A stretch of DNA of 63,408 nt, the filler included, from Salisapilia sapeloensis CBS 127946 (lineage: Eukaryota > Protista > Oomycota), in NCBI GenBank assembly GCA_023334545.1. It is 10 parts of 10 records of this genome, joined end to end, with 100 filler letters (N's around TTAATTAATTAA, not from the genome) between each part and the next. Parts side by side here need not be neighbours in the genome. Positions count along the whole stretch, not along the records: positions 19,133 to 26,019 come from JAADVB010000544.1; positions 26,120 to 28,410 come from JAADVB010000926.1; positions 28,511 to 31,874 come from JAADVB010000761.1; positions 31,975 to 50,080 come from JAADVB010000325.1; 6 more parts are not named here. One strand, given 5' to 3'. Both the position numbers and the translations under genes were made by a program. Numbering within the stretch: position 1 is the stretch's first letter; each line of letters begins with the position of its first letter. The notes under the pieces are model-generated. The model saw only the letters and a program-made list of their open reading frames with translations. It was not told the origin of the DNA and searched no databases. This document shows positions 22,314-32,541 of this stretch, piece after piece.

Positions 22314-22853
22314 GTGACCAGCATGTCGTGAGAAAACAAAGATGTCTAGTTGAGTTTGAGTGCTATCCGTTTCATTCTACTAGCTTAATGGGATTGTGAT
22401 GACGACTTGAAGTCCCTACTATTTTGATAGGCCACAACGGACCGAAGCCCCCACTGTTGATGCGTTGGATCTTTTATCTAAGTTCATGTCGCGACAAAGA
22501 TGCTGGCTGCCAATAGATATCGAGTGCTCCACTACTGACGAAACAAGTAGATATATTAAAGACGTTGTGGTACTTCCGATCCCTTCTTCTAGAGCGTACG
22601 TTTACTGGTAACCTGATCGCAGGAACTCTAGCGAGTTAAACCTCTCTCCTGAGATAAGTTCATCATATATCTATTGTGGTTATGATTAATCTCATGAAAC
22701 TTTGCCTTCATTCTACCGGATTTAATATAACGGCCTCATGCTTCTGTTGTTTTCGATCTTGTCGCAACTTGCTCGGCGCGCTCTCGTAATTCATCACCTG
22801 CTCATTTCACAATTCACAAGCTCGAGCTTAACATCGAACCCAACTTACCAACC

Positions 22854-23707
22854 ATGAATTCTCCCACGTCAACTTCTTCGCTTGACAGTTCGCTATCTCC
22901 TGTTCAGTCTCCGAGACATATGCCATTGGTGTGCCCCAGTCAAGAAAGTTTGGTCGTGAACCTCCAGAAGACATGCTGCATTCGATCTTCCAGCGTCATT
23001 GAAGCCATGTTGAAGACGGATCGAGCGCATTTCGCCTACTCTGCCGACGATGACTTGCTACCTGATAATCAAATCGAGGAAACGTACAACGCTTCGCGAT
23101 TCTTTGCCTACCAGAACGTACCCTTCCCGATCGGGTTAAACCAAACGATGTCGGCTCCACAAACGGTACGAGCACGAAGCAATGCAGTATCCTATCGTAG
23201 CTCATATTTTTGTAGCACGGCCAAATGATGGAGTTGGCTGCGTCTGCTATACAAGGCATCAAATACCCTCGCATCTTGGATGTTGGATGTGGATCTGGGT
23301 ATCTATCAGCGTGCTTTGCTCGTCTGGTTGAGCCGCACGGTGGGCTTGTCGTAGGACTGGAGGTGCATCCTATCTTGGCCGACTTGGCTCGTCGACATCT
23401 TCAGGAGGATGCTAGAGACCTTGTCGACCGTGGCGTCGTGACCGTCCACTGCAACAACGGATGGAAAGGTTCTCCTGCCGAAAGCCCATTCAACTTTATC
23501 TACGTCGGAGCAGCAGCTGAATGCCCTCCACCAGTGCTCATCAAGCAACTAGCCAAAGCCGGAAAGCTCGTTATCCCGATCAACGACCCTCATGGTGGGC
23601 AGACACTAACCGAGTTTACGAAAGTCTCAGACACAAGTACGAGACGCAGGGTGCTTGGCAGCACTTGCAGCGTCCCGCTCGTGAAACCAAGGACGTGTCA
23701 TCCGTAG
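22854..23707 (+). CDS. Protein-L-isoaspartate O-methyltransferase, copy 2 (intron 23166-23215)
   Basis: PIGLNQTMSAPQT|H, LDVGCGSGYLSAC, PFNFIYVGAAA. The intron is at the same position as in copy 1. Confidence 0.88.
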
Positions 23708-24010
23708 ATATAATTCATAGTATGAACGTTTATAAGCAAAATGCATCGATAATACATTTAACTATCATTACTCGTATTCATGTATCTTGAAGTGACGGCA
23801 TGGCTACATTGCCACTACATTCTTCAAAACCTTATGCTCATGCGCTTATCCTGATTTGCAAAGAGCCTGCAATAAAACATATACTAGAGCGTTAATACAT
23901 GTACAGAGCATCAGTAGTATGTATATAACCTTTTATATTTGATGCTCATCCTCTGACGGGTGAATTATCATCCGCGGCCGTCAGCACACAAATTAAATCG
24001 AGAGGGGGAT

Positions 24011-25645
24011 ATGACACGCGGCGGTCCAAGTCCAGTGCTCGCCTTTGCGTCAATCGTCCTTGCTTTCCTAACCATTGCACCCTCATCGGAAGGAGCTATT
24101 GATCCGAATGCGAAAGCAGATCCGCTCTTCGCGCCCGACCATCCAAACGTCACGTTCTTGACGGACAAAAATTATGATCAGACGTTAGAGGCGAACAAGG
24201 ACAAACCGTGGCTTATTGACTTTTATCATCCCTTCTGCCCTCATTGCAACCACTTTGTCCCGGCGTACACTGAAATCGCAGCGTTCTATAAGGAACGAGG
24301 CGACATTCACATTGGTGCCATCAGCTGCATGGACAATGTTAAGTGCCGTCGCGTCGCGATCAAAGGCTTCCCGACGCTCATGGCACTAAACTTTGATGAC
24401 AGGCACCCGACCGTCGAGAATAAACGCATCGTCGGTAGCCACACCGTCCAAGAGGTGAAGGATTACGTCGAAGAAGTGCGAACGGAGATTCAGGTGAACA
24501 AGACAGGTACGCAGCCTCCGACGAAAGCAACGTCTGCCCCACCCAAGGAAGCGAAGCCTGGTGAGCAAGTACGTACGGAGATTTGGGAAGAGACCACACT
24601 ACCAATGAATAAGACGAGTCGTATCCAAGACGCCGCGTCCGCCTTCATCTTCGGTCTGAAGCAAGGCGTTTTCATGGGGAAAGAAGTATTGAGTGAAGTT
24701 GAGCTAGATGCATTGAAAGGTTGGGTCCGCATGGTCTCCCGAACCTTCCCAGGCGAACTCAATCGTCTTGTGATTCATAAACTTCATATCATGTTAGAAG
24801 AGATAGAACTACTAGACTTTGATACGTGGGATGCGATGGTTCGAGAGTGGCAAGAGAAGTCTGTCGTAGAGTTCCGTATTCATGAGTCGAAAAGAGACTA
24901 CTCGAAGCTCGAAGTAGAGGACGTACCGGAGTGGCAACGTCTTGATAATCTCTTCCAAGGCGAAGGTGTCGCCTATCAAGCGTGTGCCAAATACACGTGT
25001 GGCCAGTGGACGATGTTCCACATGCTGACGATGAATCCTCCTGGCAAGAGAGACCCGCAGCTCCTGACGTCTGTCGTGGCGAACATCAGGAGGTTTATGA
25101 CCCACTTCTTCGGGTGTGTCCAGTGTCGAGACCACTTTTTGGAGAATAATCAGGAGGATAAAGTCAAGATGATTGCAGACTCGTCGACGAAAGAGTTGTC
25201 GCTAAAGAAGTGGTTGTGGACGACACACAACGGCGTGAATGAACGACTAAGACATCCGCAATGGCCCAAGCCGGATGCTTGCCCGGACTGTCGGTCGAAT
25301 GGCAATTGGAAGTTTGGCAAAGTGTACAAGTATCTAGAAGACTTGTATGCGTATAAGGAAGTGGAAGTGCCGTTGGTGACGGAAGCACAGGAGACGACGG
25401 TTCCTGCGTTGCGACAGGAAGAGAAGACGCCGCTACCGGTGGAAGAGGTGGAGGATACGGCCAAGGATTATGGAAAGAGTGCAGCTGCGTCTGCGAATAC
25501 GATGAATTTGAATGCTGGAGAGGAGATGGATGTGAGCGTCTTTGGATGGTACTTGCTGCCGTTGGTGGCGGTTGCGGGGTACTTTGCATATGTAAGCAGG
25601 AAGCGGAAGAACGCGGCCAAGTACCATCACGTTGGTGCCGAGTAG
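24011..25645 (+). CDS. QSOX: Quiescin-type sulfhydryl oxidase (thioredoxin + Erv/ALR domains, signal peptide, C-terminal TM)
   Basis: FYHPFCPHC thioredoxin CxxC, CGQWTMFH, FFGCVQCRDHF, LWTTHNGVNERL, WPKPDACPDC. Confidence 0.9.
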   Translation: MTRGGPSPVLAFASIVLAFLTIAPSSEGAIDPNAKADPLFAPDHPNVTFLTDKNYDQTLEANKDKPWLIDFYHPFCPHCNHFVPAYTEIAAFYKERGDIHIGAISCMDNVKCRRVAIKGFPTLMALNFDDRHPTVENKRIVGSHTVQEVKDYVEEVRTEIQVNKTGTQPPTKATSAPPKEAKPGEQVRTEIWEETTLPMNKTSRIQDAASAFIFGLKQGVFMGKEVLSEVELDALKGWVRMVSRTFPGELNRLVIHKLHIMLEEIELLDFDTWDAMVREWQEKSVVEFRIHESKRDYSKLEVEDVPEWQRLDNLFQGEGVAYQACAKYTCGQWTMFHMLTMNPPGKRDPQLLTSVVANIRRFMTHFFGCVQCRDHFLENNQEDKVKMIADSSTKELSLKKWLWTTHNGVNERLRHPQWPKPDACPDCRSNGNWKFGKVYKYLEDLYAYKEVEVPLVTEAQETTVPALRQEEKTPLPVEEVEDTAKDYGKSAAASANTMNLNAGEEMDVSVFGWYLLPLVAVAGYFAYVSRKRKNAAKYHHVGAE

Positions 25646-26119
25646 TGGTTGAATGCAAAGTGGTTTCGATTTGGAATGCATGGACGAAAAGTCTCATGCC
25701 CAACACGATCTGTTACTTGTCTTTGAAATGCAACAAGGTGCATGCCTTTTATAGTTGATTCGGTCTCACGCCTTCGCTGGTGATAGCTTTTAAATGAACA
25801 TTTGCATCTACTTTGTGTAGTCCAAGATGGCAGGATAAGTATCATGTCGTCCACTCGGCTTTTAAGGCTTGTTCCACATCCAGCCGCAAGTAGATGTTGG
25901 TTTGGTAATTTGGCCAAGTTTCCACGTTCGAGACAGAGTTCATCTGGGTTTCTAAATCACCAAAGCACTATTTCTTATATGCCACGTTCCTTGTCTCGTA
26001 CCCGTTCTTTCTTTTCTGCNNNNNNNNNNNNNNNNNNNNNNNNNNNNNNNNNNNNNNNNNNNNTTAATTAATTAANNNNNNNNNNNNNNNNNNNNNNNNN
26101 NNNNNNNNNNNNNNNNNNN

Positions 26120-26987
26120 CAAGAACTGGCACGTCGGCGTCCGAAACCAAAAGACTGGAAAGCTCATGGGTTTTATCAGTGGTATCCCAGTCCAGGTCCG
26201 AGTGTACGACTCGACCATGTCCATGGCCGAAGTGAACTTCTTGTGTGTGCACAAGAAGCTCCGTGCGAAGCGTCTCGCGCCAGTCTTGATCAAGGAGATC
26301 ACTCGTCGAGTGAATCTGCTGGACATTTGGCAGGCAGTGTATACCGCTGGTGTCGTCCTCCCCATGCCGTTGGCACAATGCCGGTACTACCATCGGTCAT
26401 TGAACCCCAAGAAGCTTATTGAAGTCGGGTTTTCCGCGCTGGCTCCTCGCATGACCATGACAAGGACGGTGAAAATGTACAAACTGCCGGAAGAGGTTTC
26501 GTTGGAAGGTTTCCGTCCGATGGAAGAAAAAGATGTGGCCACTGTTACATTGAAACTCAATGAATATTTGGTCAAGATGGAGTTAGCGCAGCACTACTCC
26601 GAAGATGAAGTGCGTCACTTGATGCTACCTCGAGAAGGTGTCATTAGCTCCTTTGTCATCGAGAAAGAGGGAGTGGTGAAGGACTTTTGCAGCTACTATC
26701 ACTTGAACTCGACTGTCATCAACCATGAAAAGCACTCGACACTGAACGCAGCCTACTCGTACTTCAACGTCGCCACGTCTGTGCCTTTGCAAGACTTGAT
26801 GCACGCCGCATTGATCATGGCGAAACGCGATGGCGCCGACGTGTTCAATGCGTTGGCTGTCATGGAGAACATGACGTTTTTGCATGATCTCAAGTTCAGT
26901 CCAGGCGATGGCGACTTGAACTACTATCTCTACAACTGGCGATGCCCACGCATGGAAGGCGACAAGGTTGGCATGGTCTTATGCTAG
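26120..26987 (+). CDS. NMT: Glycylpeptide N-myristoyltransferase (5' truncated)
   Basis: EVNFLCVHKKLRAKRLAPVLIKEITRR, QAVYTAG, YHRSLNPKKL, FSPGDGDLNYYLYNW. Confidence 0.96.
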
Positions 26988-27358
26988 CTGTAGCGAGTGG
27001 AGGTGAATACAAACATTTTCGTCTGGGGACATAAACCCGCAGTATTGCTCGTGTCTTGCTTCGTACGATGACTTGACAGTCATTGATCCACGTCGCCCGA
27101 CTCATCTTTCCCGCATAGTTTTTTCAAATGACTCTTCTACGTGCTCGACTGATGTCGCAGGCCTCCTATTTCTTTGGACGGAAAAAGATACAGCCAGGTG
27201 GTACGTTTGAATTCCAACTCCATCCCTTCGTGCATAGCCATGTACAAATATTGCGTTGTACGTTCTTTTCGCCCTTCATATTCGCACACGAGCTTACCAA
27301 TGCGCTTGGTGCCACCCAGTAAAACACATATTTCTCAATTCTCAACCCACTGCCCAAC

Positions 27359-28213
27359 ATGCCACTTACAGCCAACCCATCGCCCATGGGGCCCATGCCA
27401 CATAATATGCCAACGAATCTTTCGCCTCGGAATATCCCGCTCGAGAATCTACCAAATCGATCCACCGACGTCCTGCCACTGCATGTCCAGGTAGACTCGG
27501 CGGTGCTCGACCATGGTCCAGTCGTGTACTCGATTCACATCACAAATGTGGTAATGCGGACCAGTTGGTGCGTCTCCCACCGATTTTCCGAGCTACGTGA
27601 TTTTAAACACGATGTCTGCACCAAATGGACTTGCACGGATAAACACTGTGAAGGGTCTTGCCGAGCGATTCAAGAGTGTCTCGACATTTGGTTCCCACAT
27701 CGATTACCAAAGCTCGCGTCCAAGTCATCGCTTGCGATTAAACACCGATGTCATAGAGTACAGGACATTTTTGTCCACCTCCTCCGCTCGATGCTACTAC
27801 CAGGAAGCGCAATGAAATGCTGGAAGGCGCGAAATGAATTGTTCACCAACGTGTTTGATTTCTTGAACGTACCCAAGACGATGAAAGACCGTCGGTCTGT
27901 CGTACAAGTCTACGTAGATGATCTGCAGCCGTCACTTCAGGCGACTGCTACGTATGAAGATGAGTGTATAGTATGTTTTGAAATGATGGAGGACCTGCCG
28001 GAGGTAGAAGGTGAGGAGCGAGTTATACTCCCGTGCCATCATGCATTCCATCGTGATTGTGTCTCTCACTGGTTACAATTCGAGTTTGTATGCCCGATGT
28101 GTCGCATGCAGGTACTACCATCAACCGTGTCGAACTATTGTCAAGCGAAAGATGGCGTCTCTTGGTGGCTAGATGAGTTTGACGAAGACCCACTCAATAG
28201 TCATCGAAACTAA
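27359..28213 (+). CDS. PX-like domain + RING-H2 protein
   Basis: VVYSI...SHRFSELRDF (PX-like) and CIVC...LPCHHAFHRDCVSHWL...CPMCR. An upstream exon is possible. Confidence 0.75.
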   Translation: MPLTANPSPMGPMPHNMPTNLSPRNIPLENLPNRSTDVLPLHVQVDSAVLDHGPVVYSIHITNVVMRTSWCVSHRFSELRDFKHDVCTKWTCTDKHCEGSCRAIQECLDIWFPHRLPKLASKSSLAIKHRCHRVQDIFVHLLRSMLLPGSAMKCWKARNELFTNVFDFLNVPKTMKDRRSVVQVYVDDLQPSLQATATYEDECIVCFEMMEDLPEVEGEERVILPCHHAFHRDCVSHWLQFEFVCPMCRMQVLPSTVSNYCQAKDGVSWWLDEFDEDPLNSHRN

Positions 28214-28510
28214 ATTACTAGTTATAAACGTTTATCAAAATAAATGGTTTCGTGCTTTGTCCATCCTACTGACAAGCCACCGATGATGTGTGTACTGGAT
28301 TATAAATTCAAACGACTGCCTCGGGCGCAATCTTCATTCAAAAGATCGTGACGAGCACGTAATGATGCGCATGATCTTGGGAGGCCCAACAGTCACCATC
28401 ACGGCAGATGNNNNNNNNNNNNNNNNNNNNNNNNNNNNNNNNNNNNNNNNNNNNTTAATTAATTAANNNNNNNNNNNNNNNNNNNNNNNNNNNNNNNNNN
28501 NNNNNNNNNN

Positions 28511-28651
28511 CTGCTCAAAAACGTCCAACACTGCCTGGGACAGCCAACCGTTGTCCAGAGCGTTCACGATCGTGTCTTCCGAAATCACGTCACCTCGACC
28601 GACGTTCAGAAACACCGGCTTCTTCTCCGCACACAGCGGGAGGTTCGACTC
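28511..28651. repeat. 141-bp perfect inverted repeat with 31734-31874
   Basis: Exact reverse-complement identity; the first mismatch is at 28652/31733. Confidence 0.95.
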
Positions 28652-29467
28652 ATTCAACAAGCGGTGGGTTTGCTTTGTGCTCGGAAGCACGTTAATGATA
28701 AAGTCTGATGTCGACAGCACCTCGTTCAAGTCCGACGTGATCTTGTGCGAGCAATGGGATAGCGACGCTCCACCGTCTTCTGGCATGTGGCGCTTGAATC
28801 CGGTAACCTGGAACTCGGCGACCTTGAATAGCGTTCCGATCGCTTGACCAATGTCACCGAAGCCGAGGATACCGACACGCAACGGTCGGAAGCGACGGTA
28901 GAACATCGTTTCTCTGTCATATTCGTGCTTAAGCTGGAGTTCCTTGGCAGTGGTAAACTTTCGTTCGATGGAGATGATGTAGCCAAAGACGTATTGAGCC
29001 AATGCCATGGGCATGACACCACCAGCACGGGTAGCAGTAAAGTTCGGGATGGCAGACTTTCCCTGTTCCTTCAGCATCTGAAGGACACGGTAGTAGGCGT
29101 CGACACCGGCATACGTGTTCTGGACCCACTTGATATTGTCAAAAAGGTGCTGCTGATCAGGCTCGAGAGCTTGCTTAGTGTTAATCATAATTGGGGCAGA
29201 GATATGCGCATCCATGACGGCAATCTCTGCGTTTTCAATGAGCTCCCGTTGGGCTTCTGAGATATCCCAATGGAGGGCATCCATGTTCGGCGTCGGTTTG
29301 AATGGAATTTGTGGCTTGGGAATCTGCTCGATCTCGAGTTTGTTCGAACGATAGAGGTCGGAGGCTGGACCTTCACCATGCTGAAGTCTGTTCTCGATGC
29401 ATTTCCCAAGATCGGGGTACATGGAGACGACTGGGATACGATGAGTGGCGGAAGACGTGGTAACCAT
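28511..29467 (-). CDS. D-isomer-specific 2-hydroxyacid dehydrogenase (GhrA-like), copy A, 3' truncated
   Basis: WVQNTYAGVD, VGILGFGDIG, INVLPST, FLNVGRG, AVLDVFEQ. Confidence 0.88.
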
Positions 29468-30899
29468 TGCTGATTCAGGAGCAAGTGACAGTATGCGTCC
29501 AACTTAGTGTTGGTGTTCGATTATCAGGTTGATTTGTACTTGGTTTTTGTATGGCTGATGTCGTCTTGATGACTGGTTTTTAATATGTCGTTTGACCAAT
29601 CATGTTGAAGTTACCAGTGTGATTGGATGTAGTGGACGTCGAAGTTGATGCGTCAGGCTGGAATGAAACGAAGCGAATTGTAAGCATGGCAATGGACTGC
29701 AAGCAAAATGAGGCTCTCTATGCCTCAATTATGTTCTATGATGACATTTAGATATGGATAACGTGCATGGGTCAGTTCCTGGATTGGCTTGACCGTAAAA
29801 TTGAGTGTACGCCGCAATGGGCACAGCGCCTGGAGTGAGTGCAATCAAAAATCGACCTGGTCATTCATGAAGACAAGTGCTTTTTCGATGAAGGCACTGC
29901 AATGTCAAATAGCCTACATCGACTTGTTCACTAGCTGTCATTGATCATACAGAAACTTTACCAGCCATGATCTTGAAACGATTGGCGTTTGACGCACTCG
30001 ACGCTTCGAGCTTTTCCACGGATAACCAAACACGACAGCCTAGGTTGGTTGAGGAATCCAGTTTAAGGTATTAAAGACCAGCGAGGTGGTCATGCTCGTG
30101 GAGAGACCACTTAACTTGGGTGCAGTGGGGAACAAGAAGGGGTTCATGCGGCATTCTAGATTATCAGTAGGTAAATATGCCGAAATAGTTGGTCTTACGC
30201 ATTGTTGAGTTCAAATACACCGATAATACAATCAGTTCTTAAGTCTATGCCTTCTTCTTTGATGCAATCCTTGCCAGTTCTTTCAATCTTTTAGTAGACT
30301 TCTATAGTAAACTTAAAGCGATTGAAAAAAGAAAAGGTCGACCTTGTCCGTCTACTTATCGTAGCTATGACTCCAAGAGTTATAACTCCAACATGGAAAG
30401 CTCCATGTTTAATGCACAAAGAGTGAATGAACCTTTTACGAAGTAGAAACAAATTAAATAAGCTGATGATTGGTGAATACCATGTAGAAGCTAGACGCAT
30501 AGGAGAGTAATCAGCGTAAGCTATTTATAAATAAAAGTGACAAAGGGAATCAAAAGAAATGAACAAGTGAGGAGGTGCAAAGGTCCTAATGCATACAATT
30601 CATTGACAGCATACACGCGTACATGAGCTGCTAGTGTTAACAAAATGATGTAGCCATTTGAAAGGCAAATCAATCCAAGCTGTAACGAGGTGCTTGTGCA
30701 TGTAGCCAGCGCGATTGGGCAAACAAAAGGATATGAGACCTGAGTCTGCACCGTCGATGTGCATCGTTTAAAGATCCATAGGCTATCTGATGGAAATGAA
30801 GGGCGCGGTCATCTCATCTTCAGCCATTGGGATGTGCTGTGAACAACCCCGAAAATGCCATAATTCAATTGCACATCAAGCGCAGAAGCACTATCCATC

Positions 30900-31874
30900 A
30901 TGACGTACGACGAGCGTGTTTACCGTATCCCAATTATGACGTCGATCTATTCGGCCGAGGAGCATGGTAACTTCACCGAAATTGCCAAATCCTATTTGGA
31001 AAAGGGAGATGACTACGCCAGTAAGCTATATCGGTCCGGGCAAATCGAGCTCTGTCCATTGCCAGCACCGAAATCAGCTTTTACGTATGGTGGCGGCATC
31101 GATAAGACGGTCAACCTTGATCTGACCGAAGAACAAGAAATGATACTATCCGAAGCTGAAATCTGCGTCATGGATGCCCATATTAGTGCACCGACGATGA
31201 TTAACACGAAGGAAGCGGTTCAGCCGCACCACCAGCATCTCTTTAACAATATCAAGTGGGTTCAGAACACGTATGCTGGTTCTGATCCATACTACCGCGT
31301 TCTCCAAATGATGAAAGAGAGAGGAGAGTCCACCATTCCAAAGTTTACTGCTACCCGTGCTGGTGGTGTCATGCCCATGGCATTGGCTCAATACGTCCTT
31401 GGCTACATCATCTCCATCGAACGAAAGTTTACCACTGCCAAGGAGTTCCAGCAAAAGCACCAGTACGCAAAAGCTCCGCTGCATTACCGTCGCTTCCGAT
31501 CATTGCGTGTCGGTATCCTCGGCTTTGGCGATATCGGTCAGGCGATGGGGAAACTGTTCAAGGACGCCGAGTTCCAGGTTACCGGATTCAAGCGCCACAT
31601 GCCAGAAGACGGTGGAGCGTCGCTATCCCATTGCTCGCACAAGATCACGTCGGACTTGAACGAGGTGCTGTCGACATCAGACTTTGTTATCAGCGTTCTA
31701 CCAAGCACAAACGAGACGCACTATTTGCTAAACGAGTCGAACCTCCCGCTGTGTGCGGAGAAGAAGCCGGTGTTTCTGAACGTCGGTCGAGGTGACGTGA
31801 TTTCGGAAGACACGATCGTGAACGCTCTGGACAACGGTTGGCTGTCCCAGGCAGTGTTGGACGTTTTTGAGCAG
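30900..31874 (+). CDS. D-isomer-specific 2-hydroxyacid dehydrogenase, copy B, 3' truncated
   Basis: Same motifs as copy A, divergently oriented, and truncated at the identical codon. Confidence 0.88.
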
Positions 31875-31974
31875 NNNNNNNNNNNNNNNNNNNNNNNNNN
31901 NNNNNNNNNNNNNNNNNNTTAATTAATTAANNNNNNNNNNNNNNNNNNNNNNNNNNNNNNNNNNNNNNNNNNNN

Positions 31975-32541
31975 CATTATAGCCGGGATCGTCGTTGCGT
32001 TCGTGCCGTAGCCCATGTTGTAGACCACTGCAGCAGGCTTGCCGATAAACTCAGCAATCGACTCTTCCAATTCCTCATGCACAGGCGTGGTGCCAAAGTC
32101 CATTGGAGAGCTGTTGGCAACAAGTCCATACTCGTCCAAGCTTTCAAACACCGGAGCACTGCATGTGTTCATCCAGTCATCTGCAAAGCCGAGGTAGTTG
32201 TACGACCCGAGATTGAGGCATCTTTGGGGTGGTTCATCCGATTGTATGAAGGTCTTGTTGCCATCCGGTGAATGGCGTCGAACCAAGTCGAGGTATGCAC
32301 CAGGCGATCCCGCCACGGGTCGATTGAAGACGTCGACAACGCGATGGTAGATGCGTTGGGTGTAGAAGATCTCTTTCGGTACCAAGATCTTGGAGTAACC
32401 CGATCTTGCTTCTTCCGACTTGTAGCGCGAGATGCCTGTGATGCCACCGACAAAGTCGCGCAGTTGACCAAAGGTGAAGAGGACCGCGTACTGGACGAAG
32501 CACATCACGGCGACAAACCACGGGGCTGTCTCAGTTGCCAT
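31975..32541 (-). CDS. SPT2: Serine palmitoyltransferase LCB2 subunit, 5' part
   Basis: CLNLGSYNYLGFA, GTTPVHEELE..IAEFIGK, MGYGTNATTIP. Confidence 0.92.

Noticed and set aside
22396-22540. GTGATGA...CTGA possible snoRNA between the PIMT genes
   Set aside because: No terminal stem and no convincing rRNA-complementary guide; the same applies to GTGATGA at about 45673.
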